From the NCBI GenBank assembly GCA_963833575.1, contig CAWHXY010000001.1, forward strand, positions 14,130 through 78,129: 64,000 bases of DNA. The letters run 5' to 3'. The notes beneath the pieces are model-generated. The model saw only the letters and a list, made by a program, of their open reading frames with translations, had not been told where the DNA came from and did no database searches. This DNA comes from Candidatus Bathyarchaeota archaeon (GTDB lineage: Archaea; Thermoproteota; Bathyarchaeia; Bathyarchaeales; Bathycorpusculaceae). Shown in pieces: positions 49,336-59,019 of the stretch (the stretch's first letter is position 1; each line of letters starts with the position of its first letter). A program made the position numbers and the translations under genes.

Positions 49336-50115
49336 ATGCGAAGAATCTTGCCTTTAGTTTTAGTCATTTTGCTTGTTTCGTCTTGTGGATGTTTCAGTGG
49401 GGCTTTTGGCGAAATGATGTCATCAACGGTTGGAGTAGGCACCGGCGATGTCTTCCGCTACAGCTATACATGCTATTTTGCTTCAAGTGACCCCCACGCC
49501 GTTCCCGATGCTGCTTTGATTTTTATAAATCAAACAAATTATTTTATGCTTAATGTGACAGGGGTATCTGGGTCAACAATATACTTCAACACGATACTGC
49601 TTAGTTTGAATGGCTCAAACTACCTTGGCGTCTGCAGCATGAACGTTGGAACTGGTCAACCCGTGGTTTCCGGATTCGGTGGTCCGAGCTCTTTCTATTT
49701 CATGGCACGCAATGTAGGTATGATGGGAAAAATGTTTCCCTCTTCATCTTTTAGCCCAACCGTAAACGATACCTTGATGATGAGTTATCCCGGTGCTTCG
49801 CGATTAACTAATCATTTTGTGACTACAGAGGAAAATAATCTGATAAGTGTCTTGAATTCGCAGGATATCTATTTTGACCAAACTACAGGCATGATGGTGC
49901 AGTGGCGCCAAGAGGTCATTCAGACAATCGGCTCCATCCAAACCAACACTACCGAGACGATGAAGATGACCTCTTCTTCAGTTTGGGTCATTCCGGAGTT
50001 TCCGTCATCCATTATTGCGTTAACTTTCGCAGTTGTTGTGTCAGTTTCAGCCTTAGCTATTATTAAAATAGGCAAATTCAAAAAGGGCTATTCCCAGAAT
50101 AAACTTGTAATGTAA
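49336..50115 (+). CDS. Secreted protein with PEF-CTERM-like sorting signal
   Basis: Signal peptide, 'VGV..GD.F.Y', 'YFDQTTG', 'VIPEFPS' + TM + basic tail. Confidence 0.75.
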   Translation: MRRILPLVLVILLVSSCGCFSGAFGEMMSSTVGVGTGDVFRYSYTCYFASSDPHAVPDAALIFINQTNYFMLNVTGVSGSTIYFNTILLSLNGSNYLGVCSMNVGTGQPVVSGFGGPSSFYFMARNVGMMGKMFPSSSFSPTVNDTLMMSYPGASRLTNHFVTTEENNLISVLNSQDIYFDQTTGMMVQWRQEVIQTIGSIQTNTTETMKMTSSSVWVIPEFPSSIIALTFAVVVSVSALAIIKIGKFKKGYSQNKLVM

Positions 50116-50116
50116 G

Positions 50117-50461
50117 GTGTTTATGATGGTGGAGAAAAAAAGTAAAGAAGATTCTCATGATGCTTGTGTTAGGGCTGTTGCCGAAGAGTTAAAACGGGAT
50201 AACTGGACTGTAAAAGCGGATTTGGAAGGTCTCGATAAGCCATCTGAGGTAAGGAAGGGTTACGTCCCGGATATTCAAGCAGAGAAGAAAGGGTGTTTAA
50301 CCAGAATTTGCGAAGTAGCAACCCCTGAAATGTTTGAAGGCAACAAGAACCGCTACATTGAGTTCAAGAATTATTGTGACGAATATGACTTCCACTTTTA
50401 CGTAGTTGAAAAAGATGGGACACGAAAGCAGATTGATCCAGAAACATTTGGAAAAAAGTAG
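50117..50461 (+). CDS. Hypothetical protein with PD-(D/E)xK-like pattern
   Basis: 'H...V..VA.EL....W.V.AD', 'VPDIQAEK', 'ICEVAT'. Confidence 0.6.
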   Translation: MFMMVEKKSKEDSHDACVRAVAEELKRDNWTVKADLEGLDKPSEVRKGYVPDIQAEKKGCLTRICEVATPEMFEGNKNRYIEFKNYCDEYDFHFYVVEKDGTRKQIDPETFGKK

Positions 50462-50531
50462 GACATAATGATTTAGTATTGCTTATTTTACTTCTTGATA
50501 ACTTATAAAAGCACAAAAGACAATAGACCGA

Positions 50532-51191
50532 TTGACTCTCATGCGCAAATTAGTATTACTTGCGGTTGCCATAACAATACTCTTAGTAACTACTTCGTTA
50601 TTTTCCGAAGCTTTCGCTGATATCTCTGTTGGCGTTAAGAAAGGCGATTGGATAAAGTATCAGGTAAAAGAAACTGGCAATGTAACTGCTGATTATAATA
50701 TAACTTGGGCAAGAATCGATGTCGCCGATGTTGAAGGCGCTAAAATAAACATTGATGTGCAAACTGGGTACGCGAATGGAACTTTGTATCCTGAAAAGGT
50801 TCCCCTTAATCTAGCTACAGGCGCGATAGGTGACGGATTCTTCGTATCTACAAACCTCAACTTGGGAGACCAATTCTATAGTGAGTACCAAGGCAATATG
50901 ACCATCACAAGCATTTGGCAAATGGAAGTTGGAGAAGCATCACGAACAGTTATTTCATCTACGTCAAACCAGACCACCTATTATTGGGACAGACAAACCG
51001 GCATCCTTGTTGGTGCAACTACTTCATTTCCAAGCTTTACTCTTTTCACAATGACAAGCGGAACTAACCTTTGGCAACCGCAAATTCTAGGCTTGGATTC
51101 AACCGCATTTTATGAAGTTATAATCATAATAATTGTATTCTTAGTGCTTGTTTTTGCAGTTTTGATTTGGCAGAAACGAAAAATCAGCTGA
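50532..51191 (+). CDS. Secreted membrane-anchored protein, same domain type as 49336-50115
   Basis: 'VGVKKGDWIKY', 'YYWDRQTGILV', C-terminal TM + basic tail. Confidence 0.75.
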   Translation: MTLMRKLVLLAVAITILLVTTSLFSEAFADISVGVKKGDWIKYQVKETGNVTADYNITWARIDVADVEGAKINIDVQTGYANGTLYPEKVPLNLATGAIGDGFFVSTNLNLGDQFYSEYQGNMTITSIWQMEVGEASRTVISSTSNQTTYYWDRQTGILVGATTSFPSFTLFTMTSGTNLWQPQILGLDSTAFYEVIIIIIVFLVLVFAVLIWQKRKIS

Positions 51192-51259
51192 TTCTATTGT
51201 TAGTGGTCAGTTATGCCAAAGCTTATAGGTAGCCTAACAAATAGCCAAACTAGAAGAAA

Positions 51260-52588
51260 ATGCTACGAATAGGAAGTAAACGTTTTCTCACTTTGGTAAT
51301 CTTAGGTTTGCTTGTTGTAGCAATGCTTTTGCTTATGACAAATAGTATGTTAGGTTTTTTCTCTGCTGGATCAGTCCAGCCAGTAGCCTCTGCAACCGGA
51401 AACACGGTTGTCATAGCAGATTTTGATGTTCAAGTGGATCCAGGCTCAGTAGCCTTTATGTCCCGTGTCGTAGCAACTGCCCAAAGTGATAATGCAGCCG
51501 CCATAGTTATCGAAATGAATACTCCTGGTGGTAGCCTAAACGACATGCTCTCCATCATATCTTCCATCACGGCTGCGAATCAATCGGGCATCCCAACCTA
51601 CACTTTCATCACGTCAAACGGCTTAGGCGCTTCAGCTGGCAGCTACATAGCCATGGCAACAAACAGGATTCTTATGGCTCCCGGCTCAATAATTGGTCCA
51701 AGCACACCCTACATAATCGGTGGCACAGAGCTAGAGCAGAATCACACTCAAGCTGCCATGCTAAGTCTGCTAACGAGCCTTGCAGAAAATTGGGGACGCA
51801 ACACCACGGCAGTCTACGATATGGTTCAATCAAATCAAGCATTTTCAGCTAACCAGGCAGTAGCTATCCATGTTGCCGACGGCTCAGCAAATTCACTTTC
51901 TGATGCGCTTAACCAATTGGGCCTGTCAGGAAACCCTCAGGTAACTTTGAGTGAAGACCTCTATGAACAAATAATCAGCGCTTTAAGCAACGCTACTTTG
52001 GATGGTATTCTTTTCCTTGTCGGAATCATCGCGATTGTGCTGGATATTTATCACCCAACTATTGTGCTCACAATCCTAGGTGTAATCGCTATTGTTGCGG
52101 GCTTAGTTGGCGCAGAAATAATTGGTGCCTCACTGCTTGGCATCGTTATACTGGTTATAGCTGCCGCATTAATCGTCGCTGAGTTGAAGTTAGGACATGG
52201 CTTCGCCCTTATAGCGGGTGTGGTTTTGGGTGCCTTCGGCATTTACTATCTCTCCTTAGGATTGCAGTATTCCCCTTCACCCATAACTGCGTTGACGGAA
52301 ATTGAGCTTGGTGTACTAGTCGTTTTCGGAGTGATTATTGGCTTGTATATCAGATGGATAATCGGGCCAGTTAGGCGACGCAAAAAGCTTACAGGTCCTG
52401 AAGCTATGATGGGAAAAATAGGCGTTGCTATTACTGACCTCAAACCTGACGGAGAGGTTAGAGTGCAAGGCGAAATCTGGCGAGCCCATTCAATATCAGG
52501 AGACGTTGAAAAAGGTGAGCAGATCATCGTTAAAGCTTTGAACGGACTTGTTGTCAGGGTTGAAAAAGTTCAAGAACATGAAAGTTGA
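51260..52588 (+). CDS. nfeD: Long-form NfeD (ClpP-like domain + TM + OB-fold)
   Basis: 'NTPGG', 'ASAG', 'MAPGS.IG', membrane domain, 'L.P.G.V.V.GE.W.A.S'. Confidence 0.88.
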   Translation: MLRIGSKRFLTLVILGLLVVAMLLLMTNSMLGFFSAGSVQPVASATGNTVVIADFDVQVDPGSVAFMSRVVATAQSDNAAAIVIEMNTPGGSLNDMLSIISSITAANQSGIPTYTFITSNGLGASAGSYIAMATNRILMAPGSIIGPSTPYIIGGTELEQNHTQAAMLSLLTSLAENWGRNTTAVYDMVQSNQAFSANQAVAIHVADGSANSLSDALNQLGLSGNPQVTLSEDLYEQIISALSNATLDGILFLVGIIAIVLDIYHPTIVLTILGVIAIVAGLVGAEIIGASLLGIVILVIAAALIVAELKLGHGFALIAGVVLGAFGIYYLSLGLQYSPSPITALTEIELGVLVVFGVIIGLYIRWIIGPVRRRKKLTGPEAMMGKIGVAITDLKPDGEVRVQGEIWRAHSISGDVEKGEQIIVKALNGLVVRVEKVQEHES

Positions 52589-52662
52589 TTGTAAAAAAAT
52601 AAAACTGGTAACTTTTCTTATTAACTGTTGCAAGTAATCGGGAAAATTTTTGCTGTTTAATT

Positions 52663-53955
52663 CTAATCTTTTAGGCTGTTGAGTCCAGCTACTGCAAATG
52701 GAACAAGCATTTCCTGTTCGTTTAATCCTCCATGTTGTCCGAGAAGACTAATTTTTTCTCCCCAGTGGCTCTCAAACCATACTGTTTCGTTTCCATATGG
52801 TAGAATCATCAAGTTCCCTGTTCGTTCAAAAAGTTCTTTGCTTGCATGGCCCAAGCCAAACAAGCCGCGTTCCGCTGCTTCTACAGTTTCAATTATTTGA
52901 GCTCTGTCGCCAATCTTTTGTAATAGCCATTCCTTAGTCTCAGCAAGTTTTCCTTCCTTAATATGCAAAAATACTTCTCGAGGGCCTCCTGAGGGCAAAA
53001 TTGGTTTTCGATTTTTTCCAACCTGCAAATTCAATATCGCTTTGGGTAGACAATTGAGATAAGTTGTTTTTTTTGGGTCAATGTTCAAACCCCCATGGTC
53101 AGCAGTAACTAGAAGTAGTGTCTCTTTGGCCGTTTTGGGGTCTATTTTTTGCACTAATTCCTTTTTTAATAAATAAGTTATCAGTGATAATTCTAAATAA
53201 TACTCGTAGCTCTCTGGTCCGTACGTATGTGAAACCGTGTCGAGAGTATCTAGATGAACAAAAAAATAACCGCTCTTGCCGCTGTTTTCTTCCAGGTTTT
53301 TTCTTAGTCTAATAATTGAGTCATATGATTTTGCGGATGGTATTATTTTGCTTCCTTGGAAAATTAATTTTGAACAGGCGTTGGAAGCATTCGACGCGTG
53401 GATATGAGTAAAAGTGTTGATTCCTTTTTCTTTTAATGTGTTATGAATAGTTTTATTTTTTAATAGAAGGATGCTTGGGTCATATCCTTCGTCTATTAGT
53501 TTATTTTGCCCTCTTGAACCTAGGCATTCAAATCGCAACGCGTTAACTAAACCAATATCTTTCAAGTAGATGAAGTACTCAAAGAGTCCATGTTCCTGAG
53601 GGGTTAAACCAGTGTTTAGCGTTGTTAATGCATTTGTTGTTTGAGACGGAAAAACACTTGTTAGAGGATATACTTCGCCTTTATTTGTAAGGTTGGCTAA
53701 AAACCGGTTTTCTTTATAGTAATTTAAGAATTGGTTGAATCCGAATCCGTCGATGACTAAAAGAACGACTTTATTTATTTTTCCAGGGCTGGCTATTTTT
53801 GGGTTTTCAAATAGCGACTTTGTTCTTTCCTTCTCTGCTTCAAAAAACCGTAGAATTGAGTTTGGTATTTTTGAGATGCATTTCCTGTCGTATTGAGGGT
53901 AGACGAAAGTCTTTTTTGTTTTTGTCTCTGAAGATTCAACTTGGTATGTTAACAT
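52663..53955 (-). CDS. Alkaline phosphatase superfamily nucleotide pyrophosphatase/phosphodiesterase
   Basis: 'IDG.G', 'SVFPSQT', 'D..SH..GP', 'TADHG', 'GQHGG'. Confidence 0.88.
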   Translation of the reverse strand: MLTYQVESSETKTKKTFVYPQYDRKCISKIPNSILRFFEAEKERTKSLFENPKIASPGKINKVVLLVIDGFGFNQFLNYYKENRFLANLTNKGEVYPLTSVFPSQTTNALTTLNTGLTPQEHGLFEYFIYLKDIGLVNALRFECLGSRGQNKLIDEGYDPSILLLKNKTIHNTLKEKGINTFTHIHASNASNACSKLIFQGSKIIPSAKSYDSIIRLRKNLEENSGKSGYFFVHLDTLDTVSHTYGPESYEYYLELSLITYLLKKELVQKIDPKTAKETLLLVTADHGGLNIDPKKTTYLNCLPKAILNLQVGKNRKPILPSGGPREVFLHIKEGKLAETKEWLLQKIGDRAQIIETVEAAERGLFGLGHASKELFERTGNLMILPYGNETVWFESHWGEKISLLGQHGGLNEQEMLVPFAVAGLNSLKD

Positions 53956-54098
53956 TACGTTACCTTAGGCGAGGTTTTTTTGGCGTGGCAACTCGTTGTC
54001 TACGGATTACTGCATGGAGGTCGGTCGCCACGTTTCCCACTTGCTCCTTCTAAATTTCTCTTTGCATTGATTGTTTAGTAACTCGTAAAAGCATTTTC

Positions 54099-54142
54099 GT
54101 CAAGATTTCTTGACCTATGCTTAGTCAAACTTTCTTGACTAA
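54099..54142. promoter_or_regulatory. Two tandem GTCAA-N6-TTGAC palindromes between divergent genes
   Basis: GTCAAGATTTCTTGAC (54099-54114) and TTAGTCAAACTTTCTTGACTAA (54121-54142). Confidence 0.55.
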
Positions 54143-54321
54143 CTTTTTCTTCGCTTAAATTTTAAAACACTGAGTTAACACAGGTAGATTTGTCTGAAAC
54201 AAAGAAATTCTGTGTCGACAATTGTATTTGATCAAGCTGTAAATTAGATTGCAGATGAGTAAGTAACAGGAATCATTTTATACCACGCTGTACTTTTTCG
54301 GACAAACAAACGGTGAAATGA

Positions 54322-54555
54322 ATGACCGAATCAATCGAAAAAAGAGTTCAGAAAGCTCTCGATGAAATAAGACCGCAAATTCAAGCTGACGGTGGAGACA
54401 TAGAATTTGTTGCCGTCGAAAACAAAACCTTGAAAGTTCGACTGAGAGGTGCATGTGCAGGTTGTCCAATGGCAGCGATGACGCTTAAGCAAGGCGTTGA
54501 AACGATAGTAAAGCAACGGGTCCCAGAAATATCAAAGGTTGAAGCAGTAGAATAA
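54322..54555 (+). CDS. NifU C-terminal (Nfu) Fe-S carrier
   Basis: 'IRP.IQADGGDIE...L.GAC.GCP....TLK.G.E'. Confidence 0.92.
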   Translation: MTESIEKRVQKALDEIRPQIQADGGDIEFVAVENKTLKVRLRGACAGCPMAAMTLKQGVETIVKQRVPEISKVEAVE

Positions 54556-54902
54556 GCATAAGCTTGTGATTACTAACCAATTTTTGGCTTGAGAGCTTGC
54601 TTATCCAATCCGTGTACAAGATGGTTTGGATTCAAGAGATATAAAATCGCTCCAGCTACGCCCTACTAAAGGTGATAGAGGCCTCAAAAAAGCGCAGCTA
54701 AGCAATCACCTATAAATCTGCATAAAAAACTTGGGTGGTTGGTAGCTGAACAAGAGATTTCTGAAAAAAACCTGCAGGAGCAGGTTATGGCGAAAAAAAA
54801 TACTTGCTTTTCGCAGACGCAAAGTGGGTCAATAAAAAGTAAGAATGGATGAAGTTTTACGGACTTCTCTTTTCCTTTTCCTGGGGGAAATTCATTCATT
54901 AT

Positions 54903-55700
54903 TTATCGGTTTTTTTCACTCCGCACGAAGAGGAATGTTCCAATCACGAAAGATGCTATTGAAATTGCAGCGACTATCGTTAAATCGAACAGTGGGTTGT
55001 ATAGGGCTATATGGCTGTAGAATGGTGTGCCTTGGTAAACTAGTCCTCTGAGCAAATCAACTATGTAAGTCATGGGCATGGCATGTGATAGGGCGCTTAA
55101 GACGCCGCTGGATTGGTTTATCGGTATGAATGCGCCTGAGAGGAACATCTGGGCAAATGCGAATAGGATTACGCCTCTATCCGCTGTTTTTGGGCTGCTG
55201 CTAAATATGCTGGCGACCAGTATGCCTAGTGTTCCGCCTGATATGCAGATAATTGGCGCTGTGACAAAGATCCAGCCGATTGCTGACAGCCCGATGGATA
55301 TGCCCATAATTGGGGCGATGATGACGAATGCGAAAAGCTGTAGAATGCTTGTGATGCTGCCTCCTAAGATTTTACCGAGTATGATTGAATAGCGCGATAT
55401 TGGAGCTACAAAGATTTCCTGTGTGAAGTCGTTTTCGCGGTCTTCGACAAGTGATGTTACGCTCATCATAGTGTTCATAGAAATTGTTGCGGCGACCATT
55501 CCTAAAAGCGCAAACTGAAGGTAATTGTACCCTAGACCGCCACCTAAGTTCTGCGCAATAACGCCACCCAGAATTCCCAGAAACAGAACCGGAAAGAGTA
55601 AGCTAAAAGCAAGCGAATTCTTCCAATCCTTAAAGAACCGCAATACTTCTCGGGCGGCAATAACGACTACTGCGTTTAGGTCTTTTTGAAGTGGCTTCAT
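54903..55700 (-). CDS. ABC-2 type exporter permease
   Basis: Six TM helices, 'EDRE......VAP.SR..I.LGK', 'P.TY.VD..R'. Confidence 0.9.
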   Translation of the reverse strand: MKPLQKDLNAVVVIAAREVLRFFKDWKNSLAFSLLFPVLFLGILGGVIAQNLGGGLGYNYLQFALLGMVAATISMNTMMSVTSLVEDRENDFTQEIFVAPISRYSIILGKILGGSITSILQLFAFVIIAPIMGISIGLSAIGWIFVTAPIICISGGTLGILVASIFSSSPKTADRGVILFAFAQMFLSGAFIPINQSSGVLSALSHAMPMTYIVDLLRGLVYQGTPFYSHIALYNPLFDLTIVAAISIASFVIGTFLFVRSEKNR

Positions 55701-56650
55701 TAAGTCGTTTCCTCCTGAGTTTTATTTTGGATTAAATCCATGTAAGCTTCTTCGAGGGTCGGTGTATGAAGCTCCATGCGAGTTAGCGGTATATTGATTT
55801 GTGCTAGAATTTTCTGTGGAGTTTGCTCCTCAAAATAGATTTTGATCTTACCGTCTACTGCAGTTTCTGACTTAAAGTTCGCAATCTGGGAATGTAGCAT
55901 GCTTCGGTTTTCAGCGTCTAAAACGAGGTACCTGTCAAGTAACCGGTTTTTCATCTCGCTTGGTGTTCCCAGAAAAATAATTTGCCCATGATTTACTATG
56001 CATACTCTGTCAGCGTTTTCGGCTTCTTCGATGTAGTGAGTGGTGAGGAATATTGTGGTGTTTTGGTTTTTGGCTACATTTCGTAAATAGGTCCATAGGT
56101 CTCGGCGGGAAACGGCATCTAAACCTTGACTTGGTTCATCTAAGAACAGCACTTTGGGCTTTTGCATTAACCCGCGGATGATTTCTAGCTTGCGTTTCAT
56201 TCCGCCTGAGAAGTTTTTAAGTGGTTTGAACAGGTCCTCGCGTATGCCCATAAACCCGGCCATCTCTAAAACCTGATTTTGATATTCCTTGGGCATGAGT
56301 CGAAAGAATGGCTTGTAAGAATAGGTGCCATATAGGTTTACGTGTAGGCGGATGTTTTCTTCTGCTGATAGGTTGAGGTCTAAGCTTGGATTCTGGAAAA
56401 TGATACCGACATTTTCGCGTACATTTTTTGCTTGGGTGTTTACGTCGTAGCCTGCTATGGTTATTTTTCCGCTTGTTTTTGCCAGTGTTGTTGTTAGGAT
56501 GGATATTGTGGTTGTTTTGCCTGCTCCGTTGGGTCCAAGAAATGCAAAGAATTCGCCGGGTTGCACATCAAAGCTGATGTTGTTTACGGCTGGTTTCTCG
56601 GAGTTACGGTAGCGTTTTGTTAATTTTTCTACATGTATGATTGACTGCAA
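55700..56650 (-). CDS. ABC exporter ATP-binding protein (DrrA-like)
   Basis: 'GPNGAGKTT', 'FSGGMKRK', 'LFLDEP', 'TTH'. Confidence 0.92.
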   Translation of the reverse strand: MQSIIHVEKLTKRYRNSEKPAVNNISFDVQPGEFFAFLGPNGAGKTTTISILTTTLAKTSGKITIAGYDVNTQAKNVRENVGIIFQNPSLDLNLSAEENIRLHVNLYGTYSYKPFFRLMPKEYQNQVLEMAGFMGIREDLFKPLKNFSGGMKRKLEIIRGLMQKPKVLFLDEPSQGLDAVSRRDLWTYLRNVAKNQNTTIFLTTHYIEEAENADRVCIVNHGQIIFLGTPSEMKNRLLDRYLVLDAENRSMLHSQIANFKSETAVDGKIKIYFEEQTPQKILAQINIPLTRMELHTPTLEEAYMDLIQNKTQEETT

Positions 56651-56668
56651 TTTCGGTTCATCTCATAT

Positions 56669-56742
56669 TTAACAATGTTAAGTGTATTTAACAACGTTAA
56701 ATAAATACTTAACTATGTTAGATAAATATTTAACATGGTTAA
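56669..56742. promoter_or_regulatory. Four TetR-type operators TTAAC-N3-GTTAA between divergent tetR and ABC genes
   Basis: Copies start at 56669, 56688, 56709 (ends GTTAG) and 56730. Confidence 0.8.
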
Positions 56743-56757
56743 GCATATAAACTGCTT

Positions 56758-57444
56758 ATGGCACAATCATTAATGATGAAAACAAAAAAAGCTAAGACTC
56801 CTCGCTTACAACCTGAAGCTGTCATACAAGCAGCATTGGAATTATTAGACGCTGAAGGCCTAGAAAACGTAACGCTAAGACGTTTAGCAGCAAAATTAAA
56901 CGTTCAAGCGCCAGCTTTATACTGGCATTTCAAAGACAAGACAGACATCACAGACGACATGGCTCAAGCTATTCTTACAAATGCAAAACTCGACAATTTC
57001 ACTGCTCCAGCCGACATAAACCAATGGCCTTTATGGTTAACTGATTTAATGCACAGTTTACGTAACGCGTTAATTGCTCATAGAGACGGTGGACGTGTTG
57101 TTGCAGGAGCAACGTATGGACGCGCTTACACTTTAGAGAAGATAATGGTAGGTGTTACTCGAGTTTTAGAAAAAGCTGGATTTGACAAGCTCAATGCCGG
57201 TCTAGCTGCCGGAACAACAATCGATTATGTTTGGGGTTTCGTAATTGAAGAGCAAGCAGGAATTGAACCACCGCAAGGAATTGGTCCACCGCAAGACGTT
57301 CAATCCATCGGGACTAATTCAGAAGATGATGCATTTTTAAGCGCAATAATGGAAGAATACCACAAACTCACCCCTACCCAAATTTTTGACTGGGGATTAC
57401 AGGTAATAATAACTGGTTTGAAATCAACGCTAAAAAAACCATAA
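56758..57444 (+). CDS. TetR-family repressor with TetR_C domain
   Basis: 'AALELLD.EGL..VTLRRLA.KL.V.APALYWHFKDK', 'LR.AL..HRDG.R', 'GF..EE', 'F..GL'. Confidence 0.92.
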   Translation: MAQSLMMKTKKAKTPRLQPEAVIQAALELLDAEGLENVTLRRLAAKLNVQAPALYWHFKDKTDITDDMAQAILTNAKLDNFTAPADINQWPLWLTDLMHSLRNALIAHRDGGRVVAGATYGRAYTLEKIMVGVTRVLEKAGFDKLNAGLAAGTTIDYVWGFVIEEQAGIEPPQGIGPPQDVQSIGTNSEDDAFLSAIMEEYHKLTPTQIFDWGLQVIITGLKSTLKKP

Positions 57445-57459
57445 ATTCCATTTCTCATA

Positions 57460-59019
57460 TTAGCTTTTTTCATTTTTGCCCTTGCTTGATCTGTATTTTG
57501 AAAAGCCTCTTTTCGCCGAATACCCCAATATTACTATTAACCATGCAACAATTAGCACAATTGCAGTTGCTGTTACGATCGTATTTAGATTTAGTATTGC
57601 GTTTGCTTGGTAAATGAAAGATTGCGAGTATTGAAATGGTGTTGGCGTTGGTGTCGCAGGTACATCGATGGGGGTTGGCGTAGGTGCCTGTGTTGGAACC
57701 GCGGTGACTATAGGTGTTGAATTAGGAATAGCCGGTGCAGTCTGGCTTGGATTTGTTAAGAAAGGAACAAATGTAACAGTTCCGAGAGTGCTGTCGATTT
57801 TTGAGTCATAGATTGTTTTGTTAATAGTTTGAGTATCAGCTATTCCCCACCAATTATTCGTTGCATCTATATTTGCAGTAGCGGCGGTGATGCTATTCTC
57901 GGTGTTGCCGACAATGTTGTTCTTGCTTATTGTACCTCCAGTTGGATTATGTATTGCTATTTGGTTGTTAGAAATAGTGTTAGACTCTATATTTGCTCCT
58001 CCGCCGTTGATTCCAAAACCAGAATTACTGTCAATTAGGTTACGGGTAATTGTTACCGATGCTCCGATCAGTATATCAATTCCGTCTGTTCCTCTCAAGA
58101 AAGAATTGCTTTCAACAGTTAATTGGCCACCCGTTTGAGCTGTAATGCCTACCGCACATTGGGTAAATATGTTATTTGAAACCGTAGAAGAGGCGGATGA
58201 AGAAGCTACAATACCATTAAGGTATCCGTTGCCTTCAAACTGGTTATTGCTTATCTGCGGATTACCCGAATTTATGGTTATACCATTGTTCTTATTGCTA
58301 CTGTACTGTCCCTCAAACACGTTGTTAGTAATCACGGGAGACCCAGAGTTTACAGAAATGTCGTTACTGTTAGAGTCTGTGCAAGTCCCTTGAAACTGGT
58401 TGTTAATTATTTGGGCAGATCCATCTGAGATACTTACGCTGTTTGCATTGTTGTTTACATAACCGTTAGAGTTTTGCTTATTGTAAACGATGACGTTGTT
58501 TGAAATTATTGGTGACCCTTCAATAATACTAATAGGTGCTTGATAGATTAGCGATGAAAAAGTAAATTGGCAGTTATCTATTTTCGGCGATGAGTTAATG
58601 ATCAAATATACAGAGTTAAAATTTGCATATTGGACAATTGATCCAGTACTGGCTACGCTATTCCAAGGACTGCTTGATGGACTAAAAATTAACGGTGCCG
58701 TCGCATAATTTATTGTATAGTTGTAGTTGCCGTTGGCTGTAAAGCTGATTTCATTGCTTGTGTCGCCGACAGCCACTAATGTTCCAGAAACGTATAAAGA
58801 GTAAAATCCTAAGTTAACGGTTACACCAGGATCTATCGTTAAAGTGACATTACTGTTTACTGTAACAGTTCCGTTAAAGAAGATTGGACTATCTGCTTGT
58901 GTCCAATGAGTATCCGTACTTATTGTTCCCCCTACGGTTGTTCCATATGCAGTTTTAACAAAAAACATCCCGCTAACACAGAGAGCTATTACAAGAATTA
59001 TACAGGCAACCCGTTTCAT
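57460..59019 (-). CDS. Secreted right-handed beta-helix (NosD/CASH-like) surface protein with TM anchor
   Basis: 'V.G.I..DT.WT...SP', 'TLTI.PGV.V', repeated 'P.I.NN.F', 'ATNNWWG', Pro/Thr linker, TM. Confidence 0.85.
   Translation of the reverse strand: MKRVACIILVIALCVSGMFFVKTAYGTTVGGTISTDTHWTQADSPIFFNGTVTVNSNVTLTIDPGVTVNLGFYSLYVSGTLVAVGDTSNEISFTANGNYNYTINYATAPLIFSPSSSPWNSVASTGSIVQYANFNSVYLIINSSPKIDNCQFTFSSLIYQAPISIIEGSPIISNNVIVYNKQNSNGYVNNNANSVSISDGSAQIINNQFQGTCTDSNSNDISVNSGSPVITNNVFEGQYSSNKNNGITINSGNPQISNNQFEGNGYLNGIVASSSASSTVSNNIFTQCAVGITAQTGGQLTVESNSFLRGTDGIDILIGASVTITRNLIDSNSGFGINGGGANIESNTISNNQIAIHNPTGGTISKNNIVGNTENSITAATANIDATNNWWGIADTQTINKTIYDSKIDSTLGTVTFVPFLTNPSQTAPAIPNSTPIVTAVPTQAPTPTPIDVPATPTPTPFQYSQSFIYQANAILNLNTIVTATAIVLIVAWLIVILGYSAKRGFSKYRSSKGKNEKS

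Noticed and set aside
54050-54067. In-frame TAG followed by a hairpin as pyrrolysine read-through
   Set aside because: TAG ends many clear genes here (aor, the FeS subunit, hycI, a beta-propeller), no pyl genes are visible, and read-through would not join the downstream gene frame.
54684-54899. 71-aa minus-strand ORF after the ABC permease
   Set aside because: No recognisable motif and low-complexity A/T runs; likely spurious.
56669-56742. Regularly spaced palindromic repeats as a mini CRISPR array
   Set aside because: Units are 13 bp with 6-8 bp gaps, there are no cas genes, and the position between divergent tetR and ABC genes fits operators.
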